The notes below the pieces were generated by a model, which was given only the letters and a program-made list of their open reading frames with translations, ran no database searches and was not told the DNA's origin. The translations under genes and the position numbers were made by a program. 47,050 nt of DNA from Sulfurospirillaceae bacterium (GTDB lineage: Bacteria; Campylobacterota; Campylobacteria; Campylobacterales; Sulfurospirillaceae), in assembly GCA_028705785.1 (NCBI GenBank), contig JAQWCT010000001.1:1-47050 (forward strand), given 5' to 3'. Numbering within the stretch: position 1 is the stretch's first letter; each line of letters begins with the position of its first letter. This document shows positions 1 to 9,495 of the stretch, one piece after another.

Positions 1-1
1 T

Positions 2-427
2 GTGGCTATCGCGCTTAAAGAATATACTAATATCCCAGATTGGCTTATCGAAGAGTCAGCACTTATGAAACTTTCTATGGTGGGACTTCCACCAATAGTG
101 GCTACCATGTATCCCTCAGAACTCAGTGGTGGTATGAAAAAAAGAGCAGGACTGGCAAGAGCCCTTGCCCTCGATCCCAAACTTCTTTTTTTAGATGAAC
201 CCACTTCGGGGCTTGACCCACAAAGCGCAAGAGCATTTGATGAACTTATCTTAACGCTAAGGGAAACGCTTGGGATTACTGTTATTATGGTCACGCACGA
301 CAAAGATACCATCAACAATGTTTTAGATAGATTTGTTATACTCGGCAATAAAAAGGTCATGTTTGATGGGACGATGGATTTACTTAAACTTACAACCAAT
401 CCTGTGCTACAAAAATTTTTAAATTGA
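2..427 (+). CDS. ABC transporter ATP-binding protein, MlaF/Ttg2A-like (5' truncated by window edge)
   Basis: Signature LSGGMKKR, Walker B LLFLDEPTSGLDP, H-loop VTHD; directly upstream of an MCE/MlaD gene. Confidence 0.9.
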   Translation: MAIALKEYTNIPDWLIEESALMKLSMVGLPPIVATMYPSELSGGMKKRAGLARALALDPKLLFLDEPTSGLDPQSARAFDELILTLRETLGITVIMVTHDKDTINNVLDRFVILGNKKVMFDGTMDLLKLTTNPVLQKFLN

Positions 428-434
428 GGGTCAA

Positions 435-1388
435 ATGGAAAATAGATTAAGTTACATTTTAGTGGGACTCTTTACTTTTGTCCTGTTTATCGCGGGTGTT
501 TTTGCTATTCTTTGGTTAGGTCACTACTCAGAAAAAGGAACATTTAAATTTTACAAAGTTAGCACAAAAGAGTCCGTCTCAGGGCTTAATGAAAAAGCAC
601 CTGTTAAATTTAAGGGTGTTGCGGTGGGAGAAGTTAAAGGCATAACTATCAACCCACAAAATGCAGAAGAAGTGCTAGTTGTCATCAAAGTACAAGAAAA
701 TACTCCCATCAAAGAAGATACTTATGCTTTAATTGAGGCGCAAGGCATTACAGGACTAAGTTACATTCAACTTCAAGGTGGCTCAAAAGATAGTCTCAAC
801 CTTAAAACAACCAACAAAGAAGAGGAATATGGCATTATCCCCTCACTCCCCTCAACTTTTTCAAGATTGGATAAGACCATTACTTCTGTGAGTGCTAAAG
901 CTGAAGTTATTTTTGATCGCGCACAAAATATTTTGAGTGAAAAAAATCTTAAAAGTTTTGAGATTATCTTAGAAAATAGTGCCAGAATATCGCAATCCAC
1001 TAGCAAGACCTTAGAAAACATTGAAGCACAGAAAAAAGAGATTAATCAAATTTTAGCACAAGCACTTATCCTTGAAAAATCAGCTATCGAAGCATCTATT
1101 GGAATTAAAAACATGTCCGTTTCGCTTACAAATGCCGTTGATGGTCCAGGCATTGATACACTACACAAAATTAGAGATGTTATGAATACGCTTGATGAAA
1201 AACTCAAAAAAGGTACTTTTGACATCGATATGATGGTCAAAGAGAACCTTCTCCCTGCGCAAAATGCACTGGATGAACTTCGCATCTTAGCCACAGATAC
1301 TAAAGAACTTATCAACAGCCTCAAAGATAGTCCTAGTGATTTACTCTTCAAAGAAGAAACACTTAAACCAGCCCCCAATGAAAAATAA
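435..1388 (+). CDS. MlaD/MCE-domain substrate-binding protein
   Basis: N-terminal TM helix, MCE motif VSGL..KAPVKFKGVAVGEV and QGITGLSYIQL, long helical C-terminus; RBS GAGG upstream. Confidence 0.9.
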   Translation: MENRLSYILVGLFTFVLFIAGVFAILWLGHYSEKGTFKFYKVSTKESVSGLNEKAPVKFKGVAVGEVKGITINPQNAEEVLVVIKVQENTPIKEDTYALIEAQGITGLSYIQLQGGSKDSLNLKTTNKEEEYGIIPSLPSTFSRLDKTITSVSAKAEVIFDRAQNILSEKNLKSFEIILENSARISQSTSKTLENIEAQKKEINQILAQALILEKSAIEASIGIKNMSVSLTNAVDGPGIDTLHKIRDVMNTLDEKLKKGTFDIDMMVKENLLPAQNALDELRILATDTKELINSLKDSPSDLLFKEETLKPAPNEK

Positions 1389-1398
1389 GGAAGCCACC

Positions 1399-1992
1399 AT
1401 GAAATATAGCATCATAGTCATTCTTTCCATCCTCTTTTTAAGCGGTTGTAGCATCAAAGAAGTACAAATCAAACCCTCCCACTATACTCTCGACCCCATC
1501 GTGAAACTAGAAAGATTTGCAACATCCAATAATGATGTTATCAAAGTTGCTCGCATTGATGGACCTAGCGGACTTAATACAAGAGCTATTTTGTATAAAA
1601 AAGAAGGCGCTTTACAGCCTTATAAATATGGTAATTGGAGTGAAACACCTTCTTTAAAACTACAACATCTCATAACTGAAGCATTACAAGACCAACACCA
1701 TTTTCATGCTGTCGTACTTGGCAACTCCATGGCAACTAACAACCTAACACTTGAACCATTACTTCAAAACTTTGAAGAAGTATTTGAGGATGATACCTCA
1801 TTCGTACATGTAAGCCTTCGATTTAGACTTGTTGATGTCAGAAATGGAGAAGTTCTTGCAAGTATCAAACTCACTTCAAAAAAACCAGTGACTAACACTA
1901 ACGGAGCGGCAGGAACGGTAGAAGCATTTGACCTTGCTACTGCAGAGATTATCAAAAATTTATCCATTTGGATTAATGAAGCAAGACGATAG
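1399..1992 (+). CDS. ABC-type transport auxiliary lipoprotein (PqiC-like)
   Basis: ATG at 1399 after AAGGAAG; signal peptide with lipobox LSGC; YGNWSETP motif; follows the MCE gene. Confidence 0.8.
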   Translation: MKYSIIVILSILFLSGCSIKEVQIKPSHYTLDPIVKLERFATSNNDVIKVARIDGPSGLNTRAILYKKEGALQPYKYGNWSETPSLKLQHLITEALQDQHHFHAVVLGNSMATNNLTLEPLLQNFEEVFEDDTSFVHVSLRFRLVDVRNGEVLASIKLTSKKPVTNTNGAAGTVEAFDLATAEIIKNLSIWINEARR

Positions 1993-1995
1993 AAG

Positions 1996-2667
1996 ATGCA
2001 TAAAAATAACATTCTGCTTTTAGAGGATGATACTAATTTGAGCGAAACCGTGTGTGAATTTTTAGAGTCTAAAAATTATCATGTCACGCAAGCTTATGAT
2101 GGAGAAGAAGCCGAGATTGCGATTTATGAGCGACAATTTGATGTACTTCTTTTAGATGTCAATGTCCCCAATCTTAATGGCTTTGAGCTTTTAAAAAAAA
2201 TCCGCCAAGCGTCTAATATGACACCCGCTATCTTTTTAACTTCGCTCAATGCTTTAGAGGATTTGGAACATGGTTATGAAAGTGGATGCGATGACTATTT
2301 GCGTAAACCTTTTGCGCTCAAAGAGCTTTTATTTCGTATAGAAACTATTTTAAAAAGAGAATTCTTTCACGCACCCAACCCAAAACTAAGTATCGCAGAA
2401 AATATACAATATGATACGCATACCAACACGCTTTTTGTTGAAAACAAAGCAGTTCTACTCCAACATAAAGAAGCTAAACTACTGAAGTTTTTTTTGCAGA
2501 AAAAAAATGAAATCATCTCCCATGAATTACTGATGTCACACCTTTGGGAATATGATGAAGAGGGAAGTGATGACACACTTCGTACCTACATTAAAAATTT
2601 GAGAAAAATAATAGGAAAAGAAGCCATTGTTAGCATTAAAAAATTGGGATATAAACTTACGATCTAG
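1996..2667 (+). CDS. dccR: OmpR-family response regulator, DccR/CrdR-like
   Basis: ILLLEDD, LLDVNVP (phospho-Asp), TPAIFLTS, GCDDYLRKPF, winged-helix TLRTYIKNLRK..GY; resembles C. jejuni DccR as I recall it. Confidence 0.8.
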   Translation: MHKNNILLLEDDTNLSETVCEFLESKNYHVTQAYDGEEAEIAIYERQFDVLLLDVNVPNLNGFELLKKIRQASNMTPAIFLTSLNALEDLEHGYESGCDDYLRKPFALKELLFRIETILKREFFHAPNPKLSIAENIQYDTHTNTLFVENKAVLLQHKEAKLLKFFLQKKNEIISHELLMSHLWEYDEEGSDDTLRTYIKNLRKIIGKEAIVSIKKLGYKLTI

Positions 2668-3814
2668 TGAGAAAAAAACACTTCGTTCGTTTTTACTTCT
2701 CTACGCATTTTTATCACTGTTAATTTTGATTTTTGTCGCCATTTTATATTATGGTTTACAAAAAGATTTGATGCTACAAGACCAAAGAGATATGCTCTCT
2801 AAATTTACCAGTGAGCAAGTTGCAAAACTTCGAGCCTTACATGTAAAGGCACAAAAAAATCCAATTTTTGAACAAGACACCCGTTATAAGTTTGCTATTT
2901 TTGACAATAAACTCAAAACAATTTACTCAAATCTGACCACACCAAATCCAAACTTATACGAAGATATTTACCTCAAAGATAATTCCATCTATTTTATCAA
3001 TGAACTCGAATCAAGATATTTTGGTGCCAAATATCTTATTATTGAGATCGAAGCGCCTGAGAATTGGCATAAAACTATTTATCAAAAACTCCTCTTTTAT
3101 GGAAGCATTATTTTTGTTATTCTCGTGGTTATCGGTTATTTTCTCTCCAATATTCTTTTGCAACCTATGAGAAATGCTATCACTCTTTTAGATAGATTTA
3201 TCAAAGATACAACCCATGAACTCAACACACCTATCAATGCTATTCTCTCCAATATTGAGATGATAGAACAAGAGCATATTGATGAATCTTTTGCCAAAAA
3301 AATAAAACGAATCAAAATCGCCTCTCAAACAATATCAAACCTTTATGAAGATCTCACTTATCTTGTTTTATCCCATAAAACTATGTCACTTAATGAAGAA
3401 GTGGATATTAAAACACTCATGGAGGAGCGAATTGAATATTTTTCTGCTATTTTTGAATCCAAAAAAATTACCGTCAGTTTACAATGTGAGCATGAAGTTA
3501 TCTTGTCCATTGATCGTAAAAAAATAACAAAGCTTCTAGATAATATTATCTCTAATGCTATCAAATATAATAAAATGGGGGGAACTATAGTGATTGTGCT
3601 TTGCCAAAATAGTATCAATATAACCGATAGTGGCAAAGGCATAGAATCTCAAAAAATCCAAAGAATGTTTGAACGCTATACCCGCTTTGACACAACTGTA
3701 GGTGGATTTGGGATTGGCTTGAGCATCGTATCGTTTATTGCTAAAGAATATGGCTTACATGTAAAGATAGATTCTACTTTAGGAATAGGCACTACGGTCA
3801 GTATCTCATGGTAA
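2627..3814 (+). CDS. dccS: Sensor histidine kinase, DccS/CrdS-like
   Basis: Two TM helices, H-box FIKDTTHELNTP, N-box NIISNAIKYN, G1 DSGKGI, G2 GGFGIGL; overlaps the RR gene; exact start uncertain. Confidence 0.8.
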   Translation: MLALKNWDINLRSSEKKTLRSFLLLYAFLSLLILIFVAILYYGLQKDLMLQDQRDMLSKFTSEQVAKLRALHVKAQKNPIFEQDTRYKFAIFDNKLKTIYSNLTTPNPNLYEDIYLKDNSIYFINELESRYFGAKYLIIEIEAPENWHKTIYQKLLFYGSIIFVILVVIGYFLSNILLQPMRNAITLLDRFIKDTTHELNTPINAILSNIEMIEQEHIDESFAKKIKRIKIASQTISNLYEDLTYLVLSHKTMSLNEEVDIKTLMEERIEYFSAIFESKKITVSLQCEHEVILSIDRKKITKLLDNIISNAIKYNKMGGTIVIVLCQNSINITDSGKGIESQKIQRMFERYTRFDTTVGGFGIGLSIVSFIAKEYGLHVKIDSTLGIGTTVSISW

Positions 3815-3841
3815 AATAAAAATAAAAAAGTTATTTTTTTA

Positions 3842-3874
3842 TTTCACGATACATTCACTTTTTTTCTCTATAAT
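3842..3874 (+). promoter_or_regulatory. DccR-type direct repeat TTTCAC-GATACA-TTCACT plus -10 TATAAT (3869-3874) for the cytochrome c gene
   Basis: Exact fit to WTTCAC-N6-TTCACW at 3842-3859, 9 nt upstream of TATAAT; RBS GAGGAG before ATG 3903. Confidence 0.75.
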
Positions 3875-3902
3875 TACTCTATTAATCAAGAGGAGCATCA
3901 CA

Positions 3903-4199
3903 ATGAAAAAATTATTTTGTAGTCTTATACTTGCACTTTCAACTTCCCTATTTGCGGCAGATGGCGCATCTTTATATAAAACTTGTGTAGCCTGCCATGG
4001 GTCAAAAGCTGAAAAATCAGCGCTCAATAAATCTCAAATTATTGCTGGATGGAGTAGTGAAAATACGATTGCCGCACTGAATGGTTATAAAAATGGAACT
4101 TATGGTGGCTCGATGAAGTCAACGATGAGCGCTCAAGTTAAAAACCTTGATACTGATGCCATCACCGCACTCGCTAAATATATCGAAACACTCAAATAG
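3903..4199 (+). CDS. Periplasmic monoheme cytochrome c553
   Basis: Signal peptide, CxxCH (CVACH), distal Met in GGSMKSTM, 98 aa. Confidence 0.92.
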   Translation: MKKLFCSLILALSTSLFAADGASLYKTCVACHGSKAEKSALNKSQIIAGWSSENTIAALNGYKNGTYGGSMKSTMSAQVKNLDTDAITALAKYIETLK

Positions 4200-4211
4200 T
4201 TAATTTTCCTC

Positions 4212-4250
4212 AAACCTCATAGAAGTCCTATTTCACTTCTATGGGGTTTT
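4212..4250 (+). terminator. Intrinsic terminator after cytochrome c553
   Basis: AAACCTCATAGAAGT/ACTTCTATGGGGTTT stem (one G-U), 8-nt loop, ends in T run. Confidence 0.75.
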
Positions 4251-4311
4251 AAGTACCTTTTAATATGTTTTAATCTATATTGGACAGTATATTTTTATAC
4301 CAAGAAGTCCC

Positions 4312-5577
4312 ATGGATTCATATCTTAAAACTTCCACCATTTTGTATGTTGAAGACGATGATGAGGTAAGGATTGGCTATTCTAAAGCATTGAGTAGGCT
4401 TGCTAAAACACTCTATACTGCCAATGATGGCGAAGAGGGTTTAAGACTTTTTAACGAATACTCTCCTGATATCGTTATCACTGATCTCAAAATGCCTTAT
4501 AAGTGTGGCATAGAAATGTCTAGAGAGATGCGACAAATCAATCCTCAACAAGTTATTCTTTTTACAACCGCCTACACAGAGCCTCATTACACTATCCAAG
4601 CGCTTGATTTGCAAGTCAATGGATACCTTCTTAAACCTGTTGATAAAAAACAACTTGAAGAAAAAATCAATCAATTCTCAAAAAATATCTTTTGGGAAAA
4701 ACATAATCATGAACAACAATTAATGTTACAACAAATTTTAAATCATCAATCCAATATCACTATATTGACTGACTTGACGACGATTAAATTTGCTTCTCAT
4801 TCTTTTTGGAATATGCTTTTTGTTAAAAATAAAGAAGCTTTTTTTGAAATATACCCTAGCTTTTTAGATGTTTTTATTACACATGAACATTATATTTATG
4901 GTAATACTCCCGACGAATTCTTAAACAGATATTTTGAAAGCGATGCAGATATGCGTCTTGTTTCCATTATTGGAGAAAACGGACCAACTGCATTTTTTAT
5001 CAGTTTAGATAAAATCAAAGATACAAAAGAAGAACTTTTTGTTATTACACTGACAGATATTAGTTCTATTCAAACTTCACGACTTGATGCATTACATAGA
5101 GCATCACATGATAGGCTCACCAAAATATATAATCGAAGTGCGTTTGAAAAAGCGCTAGAACATGAATTTTTACGCACAAAACGATATGGGCGACCTTTGT
5201 GTATGGCTTTACTTGATATTGACCGTTTTAAGCTCGTTAACGACTCTTTTGGTCATCTTATTGGTGATGAAATTCTCATTCTTTTTGCAAGGGAAATTCA
5301 GATTATTCTTAGAAAAACGGATACATTTGCACGCTGGGGCGGAGAAGAATTTGTTATTTTAATGAGCGAAACGCATATTCAAGATGCTTATAAAGTATGT
5401 GAAACCGTACGCAAACATATTGAAAAACTGATGCATCCTATCGCTGGAAATATAACTTTGAGTATCGGCGTTACGGCAATTACACCAAATGACACACCTC
5501 AATCCACCTTTACGCGATGTGATAAAGCATTATATACTGCCAAATCAAATGGCAGAAATAGAGTTGAGTTACTCTAG
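4312..5577 (+). CDS. Response regulator diguanylate cyclase (REC-linker-GGDEF)
   Basis: ILYVEDD/ITDLKMP receiver; DRLTKIYNR, LLDIDRFKLVND, RxxD I-site (RKTD), RWGGEEF, AKSNGRN. Confidence 0.92.
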   Translation: MDSYLKTSTILYVEDDDEVRIGYSKALSRLAKTLYTANDGEEGLRLFNEYSPDIVITDLKMPYKCGIEMSREMRQINPQQVILFTTAYTEPHYTIQALDLQVNGYLLKPVDKKQLEEKINQFSKNIFWEKHNHEQQLMLQQILNHQSNITILTDLTTIKFASHSFWNMLFVKNKEAFFEIYPSFLDVFITHEHYIYGNTPDEFLNRYFESDADMRLVSIIGENGPTAFFISLDKIKDTKEELFVITLTDISSIQTSRLDALHRASHDRLTKIYNRSAFEKALEHEFLRTKRYGRPLCMALLDIDRFKLVNDSFGHLIGDEILILFAREIQIILRKTDTFARWGGEEFVILMSETHIQDAYKVCETVRKHIEKLMHPIAGNITLSIGVTAITPNDTPQSTFTRCDKALYTAKSNGRNRVELL

Positions 5578-5580
5578 CCA

Positions 5581-7203
5581 ATGCCTAAAATATTGCTTTT
5601 TCTTAGTTTTTTTCTCTTACATGTAAGCCTTTATGCCCATATATTTTCAAAAGAAGAAAATGCCTATTTAAAGCAAAAACAAACTATCTCTATGTGTGTA
5701 AACCCCGATTTACTCCCTCTTGAAAAAATAGAAAATGGTAAACACATCGGTATCAATGGTGATTATATACAACATCTTTCAACCATAATCGGAATACCCA
5801 TCACACTTGTTCCTACACAAAGCTGGCAACAAACCCTTAAGTTTGCACAAGAGAGAACCTGCGATATCGTCTCTTCTATCATTGACACTCCTACAAGAAG
5901 AGAGTATCTCTTCTTTACGACAAATCCTTTGGAATATTCTGTAGCCATTGCCACAATGATTGATAAATCTTTTGTTGATACTATTGATTCCATTGCAAAT
6001 CAAAAAGTAGCCATTATTAAAGAATATGCATTTGGCGAAATCTTAAAAACTAGATTTCCCAATATTTCATTGGTAGAGGTCAATACCATTGAAGAGGGAT
6101 TTGAATTAGTTAGAAAAGGGCGTGTTTTTGGCTATATTGATTTGTTCCCTATTCTCTCTTATTCTATCTCACATAACTATTTTGAAAGTTTAAAAATCAA
6201 TGGTAAGTTCGATGAAAAATGGAAACTTTCCATTGGTGTACGCAATGACGATCCTATACTGCTCTCCATTTTCAATAAAGCTGTTAATGCCGTCGATGAA
6301 CATGTTAAGACAGAAATTTATAATCGCTGGGTAAGTGTTAGACATGAGCAAAAACCAGACTATACCCTTATTATTGAAATCATTATATTTTTTGTGGCTT
6401 TTCTCATTTTTTATATCAATCGCTATTTAGTTGTCGCGAAATACAATAAAAAATTGCATGAAGCGATTGAAAACTTTGAAAAACTTGTTGCCGTACAAGT
6501 CGAAGAGATTGAGCGCAAAAATCAGCTCATTCAAGAACAAAATAAACTCATCTCAATGGGTGAAATGATAGGTGCAATTGCACATCAATGGCGCCAACCA
6601 CTCAATGCACTTAACATCAATATTCAAAATTTAGAAGATGACTATCAAGAGGGAATCATCGACCAATCCTTTATCGATGACTTTATAAAACGCAATCGCA
6701 AAACGATTGAATTCATGAGTAAAACAATCGACGATTTTCGCAATTTTTTTCGCATCGATAAAGCAAAGCAAGACTTTTCACTCTTAGAAACTATTCATGA
6801 AACACTCTCCTTGCAAGATGCACAGTTAAAACATAACCATATTAAAGTGAGCATCCAAGGAGAAGATTTTATCGTCCATGGTTTTAAAAGTGAATTTCAA
6901 CAAGTCCTGCTCAATCTCATAACCAATGCCAAAGATGCTATCTTGGAAAATAAGATTTTAAATGGAGAAATTTTTATCACACTCTTTGACACCTGTGTTA
7001 GCGTAGAAGATAATGGTGGAGGCATTGAAGAATCAATCCTCCAGAGAATTTTTGAGCCCTACTTTACAACTAAAGACCAAGGGAAAGGTACGGGGCTTGG
7101 GCTTTATATCGCTAAAATGATTGTGGAACAAAATATGGATGGGGCTTTACATGTAAGCGCTGGAAAAATGGGCGCAAAGTTTTCTATTCATTTTAAAATA
7201 TAA
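5581..7203 (+). CDS. Sensor histidine kinase with periplasmic solute-binding (PBPb) domain
   Basis: Signal-like N-terminus, BvgS-type PBP domain, TM, H-box AIAHQWRQPL, NLITNAKDA, DNGGGI, GTGLGL. Confidence 0.9.
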   Translation: MPKILLFLSFFLLHVSLYAHIFSKEENAYLKQKQTISMCVNPDLLPLEKIENGKHIGINGDYIQHLSTIIGIPITLVPTQSWQQTLKFAQERTCDIVSSIIDTPTRREYLFFTTNPLEYSVAIATMIDKSFVDTIDSIANQKVAIIKEYAFGEILKTRFPNISLVEVNTIEEGFELVRKGRVFGYIDLFPILSYSISHNYFESLKINGKFDEKWKLSIGVRNDDPILLSIFNKAVNAVDEHVKTEIYNRWVSVRHEQKPDYTLIIEIIIFFVAFLIFYINRYLVVAKYNKKLHEAIENFEKLVAVQVEEIERKNQLIQEQNKLISMGEMIGAIAHQWRQPLNALNINIQNLEDDYQEGIIDQSFIDDFIKRNRKTIEFMSKTIDDFRNFFRIDKAKQDFSLLETIHETLSLQDAQLKHNHIKVSIQGEDFIVHGFKSEFQQVLLNLITNAKDAILENKILNGEIFITLFDTCVSVEDNGGGIEESILQRIFEPYFTTKDQGKGTGLGLYIAKMIVEQNMDGALHVSAGKMGAKFSIHFKI

Positions 7204-7230
7204 ACGCTCAAACTTGAGAGTCTGAGCGTT
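7203..7230. terminator. Bidirectional terminator hairpin between convergent HK and glcB
   Basis: AACGCTCA..ACT-TGAG-AGT..TGAGCGTT stem between two stop codons. Confidence 0.65.
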
Positions 7231-7237
7231 ATTTATT

Positions 7238-9403
7238 TTATCTATTATGAAGTTTTACTTCTCTTCTGCGTCGATGTAAAATAAATTCTGTATAGCCATT
7301 GGGCTCATTTCTTCCTTTAAAGACCAAATCCAATGCTGCTTGAAAGGCAATACTACTTTCAAAATTGGGCGCCATTGGTTGATAGTTTATGTCTTTGCTA
7401 TTTTGTTCATCCACGATAACAGCCATTTTTTCAAAAACCTCTTGAACTTGCGGAATACTCACAATTCCGTGATGCAACCAGTTAGCCACATGTTGACTCG
7501 AAATTCGAAGTGTCGCTCGGTCTTCCATCAACTCAACATTGTTAATATCTGGAACTTTTGAACATCCGATGCCTTGGTCTATCCATCTTACGACATATCC
7601 TAAAATACTTTGTATATTGTTTTCAATCTCTTTTTGTATCTCCTCACTTGTGAGCACACGCGTGAGCATAGGTGGTGTTAAAATATCATCAACCTTGGCA
7701 GGAATACGAGCTTTAATTGCTTGAAGTTTAGCGGGGACATCAACTTGATGATAATGCAAGGCATGGAGTGTCGCAGCCGTTGGTGAGGGAACCCATGCTG
7801 TATTTGCCCCAGAGAGAGGATGAGCGATTTTTAGTTCAACCATCTTTTTCATCAAATCAGGCATCGTCCACATACCTTTTCCTATTTGTGCATGACCTAC
7901 AAAACCCGCTTCAATGCCTACATCAACATTTTGATTTTCATATGCACCTAGCCAAATGGCTTTTTTAATCTCTTCTTTAGGGAGGACTGCCCCTAATTCC
8001 ATTACAGAGTGAATCTCATCGCCCGTTCTATCTAAAAAGCCTGTATTGATAAAAAAGACTCTCTCTTTGGCTTGTGCAATACACGCTTTAAGATTGGCAC
8101 TCGTGCGTCTCTCTTCATCCATAATGCCCATTTTAATAGTCTTAGGAGCAAGTCCTAATGCTTCTTCTACAGAGTCAAAAAGTTCAGATACAAACGCTAT
8201 TTCTTGTGGTCCATGGCATTTTGGTTTCACGATGTAGATACTTCCCTCCACGCTATTTCTCAAGCCCTCATTTTTTTGCAGGTCATGAATAGCACAAAGT
8301 GAAGTTACAAATGCATCTAAAAAGCCCTCAGGGATAGGCTCACCTTTAAAAGTAACTGCATCTGTGTACATATGGATACCCACATTGCGCACCAGTAAAA
8401 GAACCCTGCCTTTAAGCGTAAATGTTTCCCCCTCTGGTGTTAAAAATGTCTTATCGGGATTTAGTTTTCGGTGAATGGTTTTACCCTTATTTTCAAAAAC
8501 AGCTTCCAAATTGCCTCTCATTAAACCATTCCAGTTACGATAAATCCCTACCTTATCACTCGCATCTACAGCTGAGACAGAATCTTCGCAGTCTTGGATA
8601 GCACTTGTAGCAGATTCGATAACCACATCTTTAATACCCGCGCTATTGGTTTGTCCGATGAAATGATTTCTATCGATTTGAATCTCTACATGTAAGCCAT
8701 TATTTTTCAATAAAATACTGCTAATTCCTGCTTCATTTTCAAGATAACCGACAAATTTTTCGGGATTTTTGAGTCCTACTTGATAACCTGATTTCAATTC
8801 AGCCAATAGCTTTTTGTCTTTTAAGAAGAATTTTTTTACAACTTCGTACGAGCCACTTTCTAGCGGAACTGCGTCATCTAAAAAAGCATAAGTTAGCGCG
8901 AAAACTTGCTCACCTCGCTGGGGATTATAAGTATTTCCTTTAGGATAAAGGGTCTCATCAATCATATCGGTACCATAAAAAACATCCAATAAACTTCCCC
9001 ATCTCGCATTAGCTGCGTTAAGAGCATAACGAGCGTTATCAGAGGGAACAACGAGTTGTGGACCGGCAACACTGGTGATTTCTGGGTCTACATGTAAAGG
9101 GTTAATAACAAAGTCTTCAACCTCATCAACCAGATAGCCTATTCCTTTTAAAAAAACTTTTTGTGCTTCTTGTGAAAAATCTTTTCCGCGTTGCGATAAA
9201 TACCAAGCATCAAGTTTGGTTTGCATAAGGTCTCGTGTTTGAAGTAAAGAAAGATTTTTGAGGACCAGTTTTTGAAGAGTTCGCTCAAAAGCCTCCCAAA
9301 AATGTTTTTCTGTCATTGGTGTTTGAGGAAGTGCCTCGTTTTTGATAAAATCATAAAGCACTCTGTTAATATTTAATGCACCTACTGTAACCATTTGGTT
9401 CAT
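7238..9403 (-). CDS. glcB: Malate synthase G
   Basis: AGPQLVVP, NARYALNAANARWGSL, QDCEDS, VRNVG, IYIVKPK, GIMDEERRTS, FINTGFLDRTGDEIH, LMEDRATLRISSQ; ATG 9403 preceded by AAGGAG. Confidence 0.96.
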   Translation of the reverse strand: MNQMVTVGALNINRVLYDFIKNEALPQTPMTEKHFWEAFERTLQKLVLKNLSLLQTRDLMQTKLDAWYLSQRGKDFSQEAQKVFLKGIGYLVDEVEDFVINPLHVDPEITSVAGPQLVVPSDNARYALNAANARWGSLLDVFYGTDMIDETLYPKGNTYNPQRGEQVFALTYAFLDDAVPLESGSYEVVKKFFLKDKKLLAELKSGYQVGLKNPEKFVGYLENEAGISSILLKNNGLHVEIQIDRNHFIGQTNSAGIKDVVIESATSAIQDCEDSVSAVDASDKVGIYRNWNGLMRGNLEAVFENKGKTIHRKLNPDKTFLTPEGETFTLKGRVLLLVRNVGIHMYTDAVTFKGEPIPEGFLDAFVTSLCAIHDLQKNEGLRNSVEGSIYIVKPKCHGPQEIAFVSELFDSVEEALGLAPKTIKMGIMDEERRTSANLKACIAQAKERVFFINTGFLDRTGDEIHSVMELGAVLPKEEIKKAIWLGAYENQNVDVGIEAGFVGHAQIGKGMWTMPDLMKKMVELKIAHPLSGANTAWVPSPTAATLHALHYHQVDVPAKLQAIKARIPAKVDDILTPPMLTRVLTSEEIQKEIENNIQSILGYVVRWIDQGIGCSKVPDINNVELMEDRATLRISSQHVANWLHHGIVSIPQVQEVFEKMAVIVDEQNSKDINYQPMAPNFESSIAFQAALDLVFKGRNEPNGYTEFILHRRRREVKLHNR

Positions 9404-9495
9404 GCTCGTCTCCTTCATTTGCTTATTGAAAAAAGACTAGCACAAACGCATGATATTTATCTGTTGTTTTTATAAAAAAGATGTTCGCAAAAGTA

